64,000 nt of DNA from Vulcanimicrobiota bacterium (GTDB lineage Bacteria; Vulcanimicrobiota; Vulcanimicrobiia; Vulcanimicrobiales; Vulcanimicrobiaceae), in the NCBI GenBank assembly GCA_963714015.1, contig OY970223.1, forward strand, positions 704,001-768,000. The letters run 5' to 3'. Within the stretch, counting starts at the first letter, position 1; each line of letters starts with the position of its first letter. The position numbers and the translations under genes are program-made. Positions 51,527 through 63,528 of this stretch are shown piece by piece. The notes under the pieces are model-generated. The model was not told the DNA's origin and searched no databases. It saw only the letters and a program-made list of their open reading frames with translations.

Positions 51527-51999
51527 AGCCGTCGCATGGCGGGAAGCGCTGCGCGCGCAAGGCAAGCGCGTGGTCTTTACCAACGGCGTCTTTGACGTGC
51601 TCCATGCGGGCCACGTCGCATATTTGGAATGGGCGCGCGCGCAAGGTGATGCGCTGATCGTCGGTTTGAATACGGACGAATCGGTCCGCCGCATCAAAGG
51701 CGAACGCCGTCCTATCGTGCCGTTTGCGGAGCGCGAGGCCGTGTTGCTGGGCCTGCGGAGCGTGGATGCAGTCGTCGGATTTGCGGAGCGAACGCCCGAA
51801 ATATTGCTCGATCGTCTGAAAATCGACGTGCACGTCAAAAGCGCGCAGTATCGGGAGGATGAACTGCCGGAGCGGGACGTCGTCCTCGCGCACGGCGGCG
51901 TCGTCAAACTCGCACCGCATCGCGCCGGAGCGAGCACGACGGACACGATACGCTCGAATCATTGCGCGCTACGCCTGCGACGGGCAATCCGAAGCGTAA
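51513..51999 (+). CDS. hldC: Heptose-1-phosphate adenylyltransferase (HldC/RfaE2); apparent frameshift near 51950
   Basis: Motifs VVFTNGVFDVLHAGH, VGLNTDESVRRIKG and STT. Confidence 0.9.
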
Positions 52000-52002
52000 C
52001 GC

Positions 52003-53220
52003 GTGCGTCTCGCTCTGACCTGCAACGGCCCCGGCGAGACGGCGGGCTGGCTGCGCCCGCTGCTGCGCGAAGTCTACGCGCAAGCTCCTGATACCGAGGT
52101 TCACGTCTTTTACGTGCCCGACGACTATGCCACAGGCAGCGAACCCGAAGTGGTGCGGACGCTTTTTCCGCGGGCGCACGTGTACGACCCGAAGACGTAC
52201 CTCAAGATTGCGCTCGGCGCAACGCCGCCCGATCTCCCTCAAAGTGCCGACGTCATTCTGTACTTAGGAGGCGATCTGATGCACGCGGCACGGTTGCAAA
52301 GACGCCTGCGCGGAGCGCTGGCGACGTACAAATTTTCTCGCGCGAAGTATGCCGCGCAAACTCTTCGCGCGTTCGCGGTCGATGATGCAAATGCGGACCG
52401 ATTGACCGAATCGGGCATTCCGCGCGATCGCATTACGATCGTCGGAAACCTTGCCATCGACGGTGCGCTGATCGAAGCGGCGGGCCCGGCCGATGGCAAC
52501 TCCCCGGTCGACGGGATACTGTTCATGCCGGGGTCCCGGCGGTACGAAGTCGAGCAGCTGATCCCGTTTTTCTTCACGTGCGCGCTCGCGATCCGGCGCG
52601 AGCGTCCATCGCTGCCGATTGCGTTCGGGATCTCGCCTTTCACCAAACTGAGCGCGGTAAGGTTCGCCGTTGAGCGAGGCGGCGATCGACGTTTCTTCGC
52701 CGAGCGCGGAACGCTGGTTCAGGACGGTGAGACGTCTTTTTTGGAGTCTGCCGCGCGCGGGGCGCGCTTCCCGTTATTGCGCAGCACGTTGAACGCGGCC
52801 CGAGCCGCGCGCCTCGTCGTTACCATTCCGGGGACGAAAGTCATCGAACTTGCCGCGCTGGGCAAGCCGGTCATCTCTTGCACGCCGGCCAATGCGCCGG
52901 AACTCGTCACCATCAACGGACCGCTGACCTATCTGGACCGCATTCCGCTCATCGGTCCCGCCGCGAAGCGCGCCGCCGTGCTCGCCTATTCTCGCCGGCA
53001 TACGTACCACACGCAGCCGAACATCGACGCGCAGCGGACTATCGTGCACGAATTACACGGCACGCTCACCCCTGGGCGTGTCGCGCGGGTCGCCTTGAAT
53101 CGCTACGACGACGCAGCCTGGCTTGCGGAGTGCGCGCAGGCGCTCGGTGCATTGTACCGAGAACACATCGGCGCCGCGCAGCGCCTGGCAAGCGCGCTTC
53201 TCACGTTAGGGAATCATTGA
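52003..53220 (+). CDS. Lipid-A-disaccharide synthase (LpxB)-related GT-B glycosyltransferase
   Basis: NGPGE, VGN, PGSR and PGT...ELAALGKP resemble LpxB motifs; LPS cluster context. Confidence 0.6.
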   Translation: MRLALTCNGPGETAGWLRPLLREVYAQAPDTEVHVFYVPDDYATGSEPEVVRTLFPRAHVYDPKTYLKIALGATPPDLPQSADVILYLGGDLMHAARLQRRLRGALATYKFSRAKYAAQTLRAFAVDDANADRLTESGIPRDRITIVGNLAIDGALIEAAGPADGNSPVDGILFMPGSRRYEVEQLIPFFFTCALAIRRERPSLPIAFGISPFTKLSAVRFAVERGGDRRFFAERGTLVQDGETSFLESAARGARFPLLRSTLNAARAARLVVTIPGTKVIELAALGKPVISCTPANAPELVTINGPLTYLDRIPLIGPAAKRAAVLAYSRRHTYHTQPNIDAQRTIVHELHGTLTPGRVARVALNRYDDAAWLAECAQALGALYREHIGAAQRLASALLTLGNH

Positions 53221-54095
53221 TGCGCCTCTCCGTCGTCATCGCCACCAAAGACCGCGCCGAATTTCTGGATCGAGCGCTCCAGTCGTTCGCGAAGCAAATC
53301 GGCGCGCCGTCGTTTGAGGTCGTTGTCGTCGACAACGGATCGACGGATGCGACGCCGCACGTGGTCGAACGCGCGAAAACTGCGCTTCCGTTCGAATTGA
53401 CCTACGTGTACGAAGAGCGGCCTAACCGCGGCGCCGCGCGCAACCGGGGGATTGCCGCTGCGCAAGGTCACTTAGTGTTGTTTTGCGACGACGACGTGTA
53501 CGCGCCCCCAGGATTTTTGGGCGCACACGACGCCGCGCACACGCTGAGCAACTTGGTCGTGAGCGGACCCATCATCAACGTGCCGAACTATCACGAACGG
53601 CCCAAACCCGCGCCCACGAATTTCTCTCGCGCATTCTTGTGCACGTGCAACGTCTCGGTGCCGCGCGTCGCGCTCGAAGCCGTGGGCGGTTTCGACGAAC
53701 AGTTTCATCTTTATGGCTGGGAGGATACCGAACTCGGCGTGCGGCTTCGGGAGCATGGGATGCGCGCGAAATTCGCCTGGGACGCGTACATCTGGCACAT
53801 CAAACCCGCGGAAAGCACCACGCTGGATTCCGAACTGCGCAAGGCAATGGAGAAAGCGCGCATGGCCGTGCGTTTCATCAAGAAAAATTCGAGCGCCCGG
53901 GTTCGCAGCGCGACCGGGGCGCATCGGGCGAATCTGCTCCGCGCGCCGCTGCTCGAACGGCTCGCGCCGTGGTTTGCCGGGATCGCGGTCGATGAACGGA
54001 CGCCCGGGGGAATTCGAGCGCTGGCGCGCGCCCAGCTGCTCGACGCGGTCTATACGGTCGAACTCTCGCGGGCACTCGAACGCGCGAATAAATGA
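53220..54095 (+). CDS. Glycosyltransferase family 2
   Basis: Motifs LSVVIAT, VDNGSTD, ARNRG, FCDDD and GFDEQF...WEDTELG. Confidence 0.9.
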   Translation: MRLSVVIATKDRAEFLDRALQSFAKQIGAPSFEVVVVDNGSTDATPHVVERAKTALPFELTYVYEERPNRGAARNRGIAAAQGHLVLFCDDDVYAPPGFLGAHDAAHTLSNLVVSGPIINVPNYHERPKPAPTNFSRAFLCTCNVSVPRVALEAVGGFDEQFHLYGWEDTELGVRLREHGMRAKFAWDAYIWHIKPAESTTLDSELRKAMEKARMAVRFIKKNSSARVRSATGAHRANLLRAPLLERLAPWFAGIAVDERTPGGIRALARAQLLDAVYTVELSRALERANK

Positions 54096-55111
54096 CTTCC
54101 AAAGCCCTCGTTTACTGCGCGGGGGGCGGCATCGGCGACTCGCTCATGGCTTCGATCGTGGCTCGCGCATTGCACCGGCGGTTCCAAAGCGTCACGGCGC
54201 TCACGCTTGCCGGTCATCGCGATGCACTGCAGCGGGTTCCGGATTTTGACGAGGTCCTCGTCGATGACGGCGGCGATCCAAAGGAGCTGGGACGCAATCT
54301 GCAGCGCCGCGGGTTCGACGCGGCAGTTCTGACGTGGGCGACGGCGCGGACGGCGCGCGTTCTCAATCTGGCCCAGATTCCGGTCCGCGTCGGGCAAGCC
54401 CGGCGCATGTACTCCAGGCAATTCACCCACCGCGTCATCGTGCGCAGCGAGCTCGGCGACGTCACTTCGCATTGGTCCCAAATTCTGCTGGACTACGCGC
54501 GCGCGCTGGACTGCGACACCGGCCGAACCGCGCCGAATTTCCAGCCGACGGACGCAGACCGGCAGGAAGCGCTGGCGGCGCTGAACGATCTGCAGCTCGG
54601 CGACGGCGCATTTGCTATCGTCCATAGCACCAATGCCGTTGCACCGGTGCGGGGCATTTGGCCGGTCGCGGGGTGGGCAGCACTGAGCCGATCGATCCGG
54701 GAGCGCTTCGGCGTGCCGGTTTTACTTAGCGGGTCGAACGCGGACCGCGGCATCGTCGAGCGCATCGCTGCCCAGAGCGGCGGCATTCCGATTGCCGGCA
54801 CGATCTCGATCGGCGCCTTTGGCGCGCTCGCCCAGCGTGCACGGCATTTTGCCGGAATAACGACCGGGACGATGCACGTTGCCGCGGCGGTCGGGTGTCC
54901 CACCGTCGGCATATTTCCATTTCAGACCGACGTGCCCGAGCGCTGGGCCCCGCTCGGACCGCGTACCGCAATCGTGCGCGCGAGCTATCCGTGCCGTCCG
55001 GGAGAACGCAAGGAGACCTGTCCCGACTACGCCTGCATCGCCAACCTCGACGTGCCGCGGATCGTTGCGGCATGTGAAGCAGTTCTGGCGGCGAACCCCC
55101 CCGCGCCATGA
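54092..55111 (+). CDS. Glycosyltransferase family 9 (heptosyltransferase-like)
   Basis: Motifs GIGDSLM, TGTMHVAAAVGCPTVGIF and RWAP. Confidence 0.85.
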   Translation: MTSKALVYCAGGGIGDSLMASIVARALHRRFQSVTALTLAGHRDALQRVPDFDEVLVDDGGDPKELGRNLQRRGFDAAVLTWATARTARVLNLAQIPVRVGQARRMYSRQFTHRVIVRSELGDVTSHWSQILLDYARALDCDTGRTAPNFQPTDADRQEALAALNDLQLGDGAFAIVHSTNAVAPVRGIWPVAGWAALSRSIRERFGVPVLLSGSNADRGIVERIAAQSGGIPIAGTISIGAFGALAQRARHFAGITTGTMHVAAAVGCPTVGIFPFQTDVPERWAPLGPRTAIVRASYPCRPGERKETCPDYACIANLDVPRIVAACEAVLAANPPAP

Positions 55112-56013
55112 GGGCGACCATTCAGCTGTGCACGTACAACCGGGCGGCACTGCTGGAACGCGTGCTGGACGCATGTTTCGAACAGACTGCGGGAAGCGGC
55201 GATTACGAAGTCGTCCTGGTCGACGACGGATCGACCGACGGCCGCACCGAACACGTCATCGCGCAAGCTCGAGCGCGCGCGACCTGCGCGTTCACTGCGC
55301 TTACCCAGCCGAATTCCGGCCTGGCGGCGGGACGCAATCGCGGCATCGCGCATGCGCGCGGCGAGCGGATCATCTTCATCGACGACGACGTGCTCCCGTT
55401 GCCGAACTTCGTGGAACAACACCTTCGTTCGCACGCAGCCGCGCCGCTTGCGATCGTGCGCGGGGGCGCCATCAACGTCGAGGACATCGACGATCTTCCG
55501 CCGCCGATCTGGTCGATCAAAAACTATAGCGGCAACTATTTTTGGACCACGAACGTCTCGGTCCCGCTCAAGACGATCCGCGCCGCCGGCGGCTTCAACG
55601 AGGCGTTCGCGGAGTACGGCTGGGAAGACATCGACGTCGGTCTGCGGCTGCGCTTTGCGGGCGTCAAAGCCGTATTCAACAAGAACGCCCTGGTTTTTCA
55701 CTACAAACCTCGGCCCACCGCGGCGAACGTGGAGAAGATGGTGCGCCAAGCGCGCGCCCAGGCTCGCACGGCAGTGCAGCTCGGGCGGCTGCATCCCCAC
55801 TGGCGCACGTATCTGGCAACCGGCGATAACGCTCCGGCACGACTGCTCCACAAATGGATGCGCGGCATCGACATGGCGCGCCGCTACCGCACGGTACTGG
55901 GCGATCTTTCAACCGATCGCGCGCTGAGCGACAAAGAACTGCGCGCGGCGCAGCGTCTGGTTCGTGAGGCGTATTTCGAGGAGTTGGAACGGGCCCGCGC
56001 GAGCGGCGCTTGA
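55108..56013 (+). CDS. Glycosyltransferase family 2
   Basis: Motifs TYNR, VDDGSTD, FIDDD and GWEDIDVG. Confidence 0.9.
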   Translation: MRATIQLCTYNRAALLERVLDACFEQTAGSGDYEVVLVDDGSTDGRTEHVIAQARARATCAFTALTQPNSGLAAGRNRGIAHARGERIIFIDDDVLPLPNFVEQHLRSHAAAPLAIVRGGAINVEDIDDLPPPIWSIKNYSGNYFWTTNVSVPLKTIRAAGGFNEAFAEYGWEDIDVGLRLRFAGVKAVFNKNALVFHYKPRPTAANVEKMVRQARAQARTAVQLGRLHPHWRTYLATGDNAPARLLHKWMRGIDMARRYRTVLGDLSTDRALSDKELRAAQRLVREAYFEELERARASGA

Positions 56014-57000
56014 TGCGCATCCTCATCTCGCGCACCGATCGCATCGGCGATCTGGTTCTCTCGACGCCTGCAATCGCAACGATCCGCAACTCTTTTCCCT
56101 ACGCGCACATCGTGATGGTTTGCAGTCCCTATAACCGCGTCGTCATGGAGCGAAACTCGGATGTGGATGAAAACGTATTGCTCGACGGAGGCCTCACTCC
56201 GGCCGCCTTCGGATCGCGGTACCGAGGCAATCTCGACCTCGCGTTTGCTTTAGCTCCGCGCCTCACCGACATTGCGCTCGTCGGCGCGACCCGCGCGCCG
56301 GTGCGGGTCGGATATACCTACGTTCGACGGCTCGTCGCCCGCATGACGGCGCGTTTTTTTCTCAATCGCGTGATGCTCTCCGAAGCGGACCCGGAATTGA
56401 GCGAGCGCAATCCGCACCGGCAAGTGCGTCACGAGGTCAATCAGTCTGCTGGATTTGGTGGAACTGGGCGGCGCCACCCGGCGCGTCCACGACCTGCGGT
56501 TGAATCTGACCGACGAAGATCGGAATGCTATTGCTTATCTCCCCGCCTCGCCGATCGTGCTGCACTTGGGACTGCGCTGGTTCGTCGACGGCAGCACGCT
56601 CGAATCGACGATCGCGCTCATCCGCGAGATGCACCGGTTTGCTCTCCCGCTGGTGGTTACATATGCGCCGGAATGCGAACGCTACGTGCAAGCGATTGCC
56701 GCGTCGCGCAGCGCGGAGGTGCTGCTGGGCGGGCTGCCGTTTTATCGTTGGGCCGCAGTCTTCGAGCGCGCCCGCGCAATCGTGACCGTCGATACGGGTG
56801 CGACCCATGTCGCAAGCGCGGTTCGCAGGCCAACAGTCGTGGTCTTCGAACATCGCTACTTCCGGCTGAACTCGCAGGAATGGGCGCCCTACGGCGTACC
56901 GAGCGTGCTGGTTCGAAAGCCGGCCGACGAATCGCCGGAGTCGCTGGCGCAGCTTCCGCCGAGAGATTCTGGACGCCGTCGCTCATCTATTGGAAAATGA
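56013..57000 (+). CDS. Glycosyltransferase family 9; apparent frameshifts near 56445 and 56955
   Basis: RILISRTDRIGDLVLSTP in the first frame; DTGATHVASAV..PTVVVF..EWAP in the second frame. Confidence 0.82.
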
Positions 57001-57893
57001 CTGAACTCTCCGTCGTAATTCCGACATACAACCGGATCGATACCCTGCGCTCCGTCATTCCGTCGCTGCTCCGGCAGACGCTGGAGAATTCCGCATACGA
57101 GATACTCGTCTGCGACTCTAATTCAAACGACGGCACCCGCGAGTATTTGGCCGAAGTGAGCGCGCAGCATCCGAACGTGCGCCACTTGCCGGGCGCATAC
57201 AACGGCCGCGCCATGGCGCGCAACGCCGGTATTGCACAAGCCTGCGGCACAGTGGTGCTTTTCAACGACTCGGATATCATCGCCGACGAGCATTTGCTGC
57301 AAGCTCATCTACAGCACCACCAGGCGCGCAGCGGGATCGCGGTCGTCGGCTGGGAAGTGCAAGTCCGCTCGATTGCGGACTATGAATACAAGCGCGCGCA
57401 TCCCGCAGAGCGCGGGACGCTGCATCCCGCTTCGCGCAAACGCCTGAGTTGGCTCTATTTTCTCACCGGCAACGCGTCGGCCCGGCGTGAGGATCTGCTT
57501 CGCGTCGGCTGCTTCGACGAGAGTTTTACCGGTTACGGGCACGAGGACTTGGAACTGGGATACCGTCTGCAAAAGGCGGGGATCGCGATTCTCTACGAGC
57601 CCCGCGCCGTCAACTATCATTGTCAGGACGTTCCGCACGAGGATCAGGTAGAGAAGATGAAACTCGCAGGGCGTTCGACGGTGCGCTTCTACCGCAAGCA
57701 TCCGGAGTTTTCGGTGATGGCCAATTTAGGAATGACGCCGGTCTCACTGGGACTTCACTCGGCGCTTAGCAGAGCGCCGTGGGTGCTGGGGTATTTCGAT
57801 CGCCGTTCCGCTCGCTCGAAATTCGCGCGAGATCTGTTGCAGCAATACTATTACGTCTCCGGAATCAAGAACGCATTGAACGAGCAACGATGA
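56997..57893 (+). CDS. Glycosyltransferase family 2
   Basis: Motifs [27 protein letters not shown] and GHEDLELG. Confidence 0.9.
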   Translation: MTELSVVIPTYNRIDTLRSVIPSLLRQTLENSAYEILVCDSNSNDGTREYLAEVSAQHPNVRHLPGAYNGRAMARNAGIAQACGTVVLFNDSDIIADEHLLQAHLQHHQARSGIAVVGWEVQVRSIADYEYKRAHPAERGTLHPASRKRLSWLYFLTGNASARREDLLRVGCFDESFTGYGHEDLELGYRLQKAGIAILYEPRAVNYHCQDVPHEDQVEKMKLAGRSTVRFYRKHPEFSVMANLGMTPVSLGLHSALSRAPWVLGYFDRRSARSKFARDLLQQYYYVSGIKNALNEQR

Positions 57894-57904
57894 GTGAAGG
57901 TGCA

Positions 57905-59658
57905 ATGAAACGAACGTGCGGCGCTCTGCGCGCGCAAGACGTGGACTCGGCTGTGGAACTGAACGGCTGGGTGAATCGGCGGCGCGATCACGGCGGCCTG
58001 ATCTTCATCGATTTGCGCGACCGTGACGGCATTACGCAGATCGTCTTCGATCCGCAGCAGCCCTCGTTCAAAGAAGCCGAGCATCTGCGGCATGAGGACG
58101 TCATCCGTGTGAACGGCCGGGTGCGCCGGCGTCCCGCAGGCACCGAGAACTCCAAGCTCTCCACCGGCGAGATCGAGGTGGGCATCGACGATCTCGAAGT
58201 GCTGAATCGTTCGCTTGTGCCGCCGTTCCCCGTCAACACCGACGACGACGTCGACGAGAATCTTCGGCTCGAGTTCCGGTACCTGGATCTGCGGCGGCCT
58301 CGTCTGCAGCGCAATATCGCCGTCCGCCATCGGATCGTCAAAGCGATGCGCGATTTTTTCGACGAGCGCGGATTCTTGGAGATTGAAACGCCGATGCTCA
58401 TCAAGTCGACGCCGGAAGGGGCGCGTGATTACCTGGTTCCGAGCCGCGTCCATCATGGATCGTTCTACGCGCTGCCGCAGTCGCCGCAAATCCTCAAGCA
58501 GATTCTGATGATTGCCGGATTCGGGCGTTACATGCAGATTGCGCGCTGCATGCGCGACGAGGATCAGCGAGCGGACCGGCAGGCTCGAGTTTACGCAGAT
58601 CGACGTCGAGCTCTCGTTTACGACCCAGGACGAGGTGCTCGAAATCATGGAGTCGTGCATCCATTACGTTTGGAAGCGCGTCCTGGACTTCGATCTTCCC
58701 GCCTTCCCGCGGTATTCGCATGCCGACGTGTTGAGCCGCTACGGCAGCGACAAACCGGATCTGCGCTTCGGGCTCGGAGCTGCGCGAGGTCAACGACGTC
58801 TTCGCCGGCACCGAATTCGGCGTATTCAAGTCGGTGATCGATTCCGGCGGCGCAATCGTCGGTTTGCGCTATCCCGCCGGCGCCGCGCTTTCCCGGCGCG
58901 ACTTTGACGCGCTCACCGAGTTGGCGAAACAAAACGGCGCTAAAGGGATGGTTTGGATCGCGCTCGGCTCTGACGGAGTCAAGAGTTCGGCCGCAAAGTT
59001 CATCGATGCGGGCGCCGCCGCGAAGCTGGCCGAACGTTTAGAGGCCGAAACCGGCGATGCGCTGCTCCTTTTTGCCGATGCGCGCGACGCAGCTTTGGCC
59101 GCCGCCGGTAAAATGCGGATCGAGGTGGGCGAGCGCTGCAGTTTGCGGGACCCGGGCAAATTCGCCTTTGCGTGGGTTACTGATTTTCCGTTGTTCGAAC
59201 GCGACGAAGTGACGGGCGAACCTGCGCCGGCTCATCACCCTTTTACCGCGCCTTCGGAAGGGCAATGGGACCTTATCGAAACGGAACCGCTGCAGATGCG
59301 TGCGCAGCATTACGACATGGTGCTCAACGGGTTCGAGCTGGGCAGCGGATCGATCCGTATCCACAAGCCGGAGTTCCAGCGCAAGATCTTCACGATGCTC
59401 GGTATGACGGCGCAGGAGATTGACGACCGCTTCGGATTTTTTATCCGCGCTCTCGACTACGGTGCGCCGCCGCACGGCGGCATGGCGCTGGGCATCGATC
59501 GCATCGCCATGCTGGCCGTCGGGGAAACCGGTATTCGCGACGTGATCGCATTCCCGAAGAACCAGATGGCGCGCGACGTGATGATGAACGCTCCCTCGCC
59601 CGTGGATCCCCGCCTCGTGCGCGATTTGGGCCTGAATATCACGGCGCCAGGCACCTGA
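57905..59658 (+). CDS. aspS: Aspartate--tRNA ligase, likely non-discriminating; apparent frameshifts near 58575 and 58780
   Basis: Motifs [51 protein letters not shown] and PPHGG. Confidence 0.95.
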
Positions 59659-59684
59659 CGACGCCGCCGCAAACATCTCGAGGA

Positions 59685-62600
59685 ATGCATCTGCGTTGCA
59701 TTTTAGGATGCCTGGTATTGTTCGCCGCATCGTTCGCGCTTGCGAACACGCAGGACGAACCCGGCGCACTCGTCGATCCGTTCGTCGGCACGTCGGGCAC
59801 GAAGATCGGCGGTCCCATCGATACGTTCCCCGGCGCGGACGCGCCTTTCGGAATGGTTCAGTTCAGTCCGGATACGCCGACGCAGCCCGCCGGCGGCGGC
59901 TACGACTACAAAGACTCGTCCATTACCTGGTTCAGTCTCGATCATTTGAGCGGTCCCGGATGCGGCGTCTTCGGCGACTTCGGCGTGCTGCCGGTCGTCG
60001 GCGCGCAAGCCGATCCGGCCCACGTCAAGCAGCCGTTTTCGCATTCGGACGAGAGCGCATCGCCGGGATACTACGCGGTGACGCTGGGCCGCGAACGCAT
60101 TCGCACGGAACTGACGGCCGGTTTGCGCAGCGGCATCGCGCGCTTTACTTTTCCTCCGTCCAAAGATGCGGAAATCCTGATCAACGCCGCGACCAGTGAG
60201 GCGGGCACCAACGACTCGGCGATCCGCATCGTTTCACCGACGCAAGTTGAGGGGTGGGTTACGAGCGGCCAGTTTTGCGGAATGCCGAACGTCTACACGG
60301 TCTACTTCGCCGCGCAATTCGATCGCCCGATGAGCCGGTCAGGCGTTTGGGGCGGCGGACACGGAACGCAGGACGGGGCATGGGGGCGCTTCGATGCGAC
60401 GTCCCGGAATACGCTCGTTGCGCGTTTCGCGCTTTCGTGGGTGAATCAAGCCGGCGCATGGGCGAATCTGCGCGCCGGAGTATCCGACTTCGATTCGCAG
60501 CGCCGGCAAACAGCGCAATCTTTGGAACGCGTACTTGGGGCGCGTGCGCATAACCGGAGGAACCGCCGCCGGCGAGCGCACGTTTTATACCGCGCTTTAT
60601 CATTCACTGCTGCATCCGAACGTTTTCAGCGACGCCGATGGCAAGTACCGGGGGTTCGACGACGCAGTGCACAGCGCGCGCCCGGGACATTTGGAGTATG
60701 CGAATTTCTCCGGCTGGGACATCTACCGCACCGAGATGCCGCTCGTGGCGCTGATTGCGCCGCGCGAGGCCGGCGACATGATGCAATCGCTCCTGGACGA
60801 GCAGCAGCAGGGCGGCTGGCTTCCCAAATGGCCGGTCGCGAACGCGTACAGCGGCGTGATGGGCGGCGATCCTGCGCAGACCATCTTGGCCGAATCCTAT
60901 GCATTCGGTGCGCGCGGCTTCGATCCGCACGCTGCGCTGCGCGCGATGATCAAGAATGCAACCGACGATTCCTCGCCGCCGGGCCAAGGCTGGTATCGTC
61001 CGCGCCCTGCCGCCGGCGAGTATACGTCGCGCGGTTACGTGGTCAATACGCATACGACCAACGTCTCGCCCGTTCCGAACGGCGCATCGTTGACGTTGGA
61101 GTACTCGGCGGCCGACTTTTCCGTGGCGCAGTTCGCCAAGTCGATCGGAAACATGTCCGTTTACCGCGCTTTCATGGCTCGATCGCAACGCTGGCGCGAC
61201 GTCTTCGACACGCAGCTCCGGATTAATGGCGCCGCGCGGCGTATCCGGCGCTTTCATGCACACGCCGATTACCTCGAACGGGCAAAGCGGATTTCAGGAA
61301 GGCAACACTTATCAGTACACGTGGATGGTGCCTCAGGATCTCTCGGGCCTAATCTATGGCCTCGGCGGACGCGATGCGGCGGTCGCCCGGCTCGACGCGT
61401 ATTTCACGCAGCTGAACGGCGGTGAAGACAAGCCGTATGCGTGGCTCGGCAACGAGCCGAGTTTGGGCGATCCTTGGGTGTATTGGAGCGCCGGAGCTCC
61501 TTCCAAGGGCGAGCGCGTTCTGCGCGACGCGCTCTCGACACTTTACGCAGACACCCCGGACGGCATCCCCGGAAACGACGACCTGGGAACGATGAGTGCG
61601 TGGTACGTCTGGTGCGCGATGGGACTGTACCCGCAAAATCCGTCGGTGCCGTTTTTCGATCTGGGCGCACCGATGTTTACCTCGATCCGCATTTCCGTTC
61701 CCGGAGGCGCGCAAATTGCGATCGACGCGCCCGCCGCCGGAGATCGCGGCGAGTACGTGCAAAGCGTCACCGTAAACCGCAAGCCGCAGTCCGCATCGTG
61801 GGTTCCGTTTGCATACAAGCGCGCGCTGCATATCGCATTCGCTTTAGGCGATTCCCCCACAGCTTGGGGCACCGCCGTCAAGGACGCGCCGCCGTCGTTC
61901 CCCGCGACGATGCCGCGCTTTCCGCCGTCGACCGGGGCGCAGTTCGCCTCGGGCGACCGCAGCATTGACCTCGTGCCGGGCGGTGACGGCAAGCTCGAAG
62001 TCACGCTTACGGATACCGACCGCGCGCATCCGTCCACCGTCTCGTGGCGCGCCGAGCTGCCGCGCGGGCTAACCGCTGCGCCCGCATCCGGTACCGCGCC
62101 GGCGAATTCGACGCTGCACATCGTGCTTCACGCAAGCTCGGATATTGCGCCGCACTACTATCCCGTGACGATCGCGGCTCACGCCTCCAACGGCGCGATC
62201 GTGGTTCCTTGGAGCGCCGTGGCGATGGCGGCGCCGCAGAGCACCGTGATCCCCCTCGCTTACGTCGCGAATTTCTCGGACAATACCGTCGATGCTTTCG
62301 ACCCGCAAACCGGGGCGATCGTTCGCACTATTGCGGTCGGCAGTAATCCCGGCGACGTCGCGCTCACGCCGGACGCTTTCCGGCTGCTCGTGCCGAATCA
62401 AGGCTCCAACGATCTTACGGTAATCGACACGGTGACCGGCAGAACCATCGCAACGATCAAGACCGGCAAGGTTCCCGCAAGCGTTCGCATCGCCCCTAAC
62501 GGCGCGACGGCATGGGTCACTGATTACGGCGACAACGCCGTTCAAGCAATCGATCTCAAGAAGATGCGCGCCGGCCCGCTGATTGCGGTGGGACGTAATC

Positions 62601-63127
62601 CCCAGCAGCTGGCGTTTTCTCCGGACGGATCGATGTTGTACGTGGTCGATCAGGGCGACAACGAAGTAACGCCGATCGACGTGCGCTCGCGCTCGCTGCT
62701 CGATCCGGTTGCGGTCGGCGCACGACCGCTTGGGATCGTCATCTCCAAGGACGGAAGCAAGGCCTACGTCAGCAATTCCGGCGATGCCACCGTAACGCCG
62801 ATCGACCTGCGCAGCCGGTCGCCGCAGACACCGATCTCCGTCGGAGTCGAACCTCAGGGCATGGCGCTCGACGCGACCGGTTCAAAACTTTACGTTGCAG
62901 ATTCGGGGTCCGATACGGTCAGCGTCGTGGACACCACGCGCGGCGTGAGAACGTCGGTCGTACGCGCGGGCCTGAATCCGCAGACCGTTTCCATTTCAGC
63001 GGACGGCGCGGACCTGTTCGTCACGGCGATGTCCGACAACGCTTGCGTAAAGATTTCGATCGCCGATCCCGCATCGCGAACGAGCATTCTTGTCGGAAAC
63101 GTACCATTAGCGCTCGCCCTCCCCTAA
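59685..63127 (+). CDS. Secreted GH92 alpha-mannosidase-like protein fused to an Ig-like domain and a YVTN beta-propeller; apparent frameshifts near 60530 and 61225
   Basis: GH92 motifs VDPFVGT, PGADAPFGMVQFSPDT, FYTALYH, WDIYR, EGNTYQYTW, GNEPS and GNDDLGTMSAW; about seven C-terminal YVxN..xNTVxxID repeats. Confidence 0.85.
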
Positions 63128-63159
63128 GATTCCTTGCGCGCTCAGGCGAAGTACCACGT

Positions 63160-63528
63160 ATGCGGATGATTCGATTTTTGGCGGCAGCGGCACTCGCGGC
63201 AAGTGCGGTGCTGTTGACGCCTGCGGCCGGGTATTCGCAACAAACCGGTTCCGGCCAGACCTGTGGTGAGAGCAACTTCACGTCCGACGGCGTGACGTGG
63301 CGCGTGATCTTTGCAAAGAACGGCGCCGTGCAGCAGTATCTGCTCGCGAGCAGCTCGCACAATCAAGAACACGATCATGATGCGCTGCTCGCCGCTCAAG
63401 CGAAGTATGGGCCCGAAGCTATCGACGCCCCGCCGGTCCGCATCATCAGCTTCAAGTCCGGTGACGGCGGAATGATGATTCCGGACAAAGCGGTCGACAG
63501 CTGCGGCCGGATCACCCACTTTCACTAG
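63160..63528 (+). CDS. Small exported protein, weakly TonB C-terminal-like
   Basis: Signal peptide; VIFAKNGAV...SSSHNQEHDHDAL echoes the TonB_C pattern; two Cys. Confidence 0.45.
   Translation: MRMIRFLAAAALAASAVLLTPAAGYSQQTGSGQTCGESNFTSDGVTWRVIFAKNGAVQQYLLASSSHNQEHDHDALLAAQAKYGPEAIDAPPVRIISFKSGDGGMMIPDKAVDSCGRITHFH

Noticed and set aside
56010..57893. 627-aa GT9-GT2 fusion
   Set aside because: The middle of the ORF is out-of-frame sequence; two compensating indels join separate GT9 and GT2 genes.
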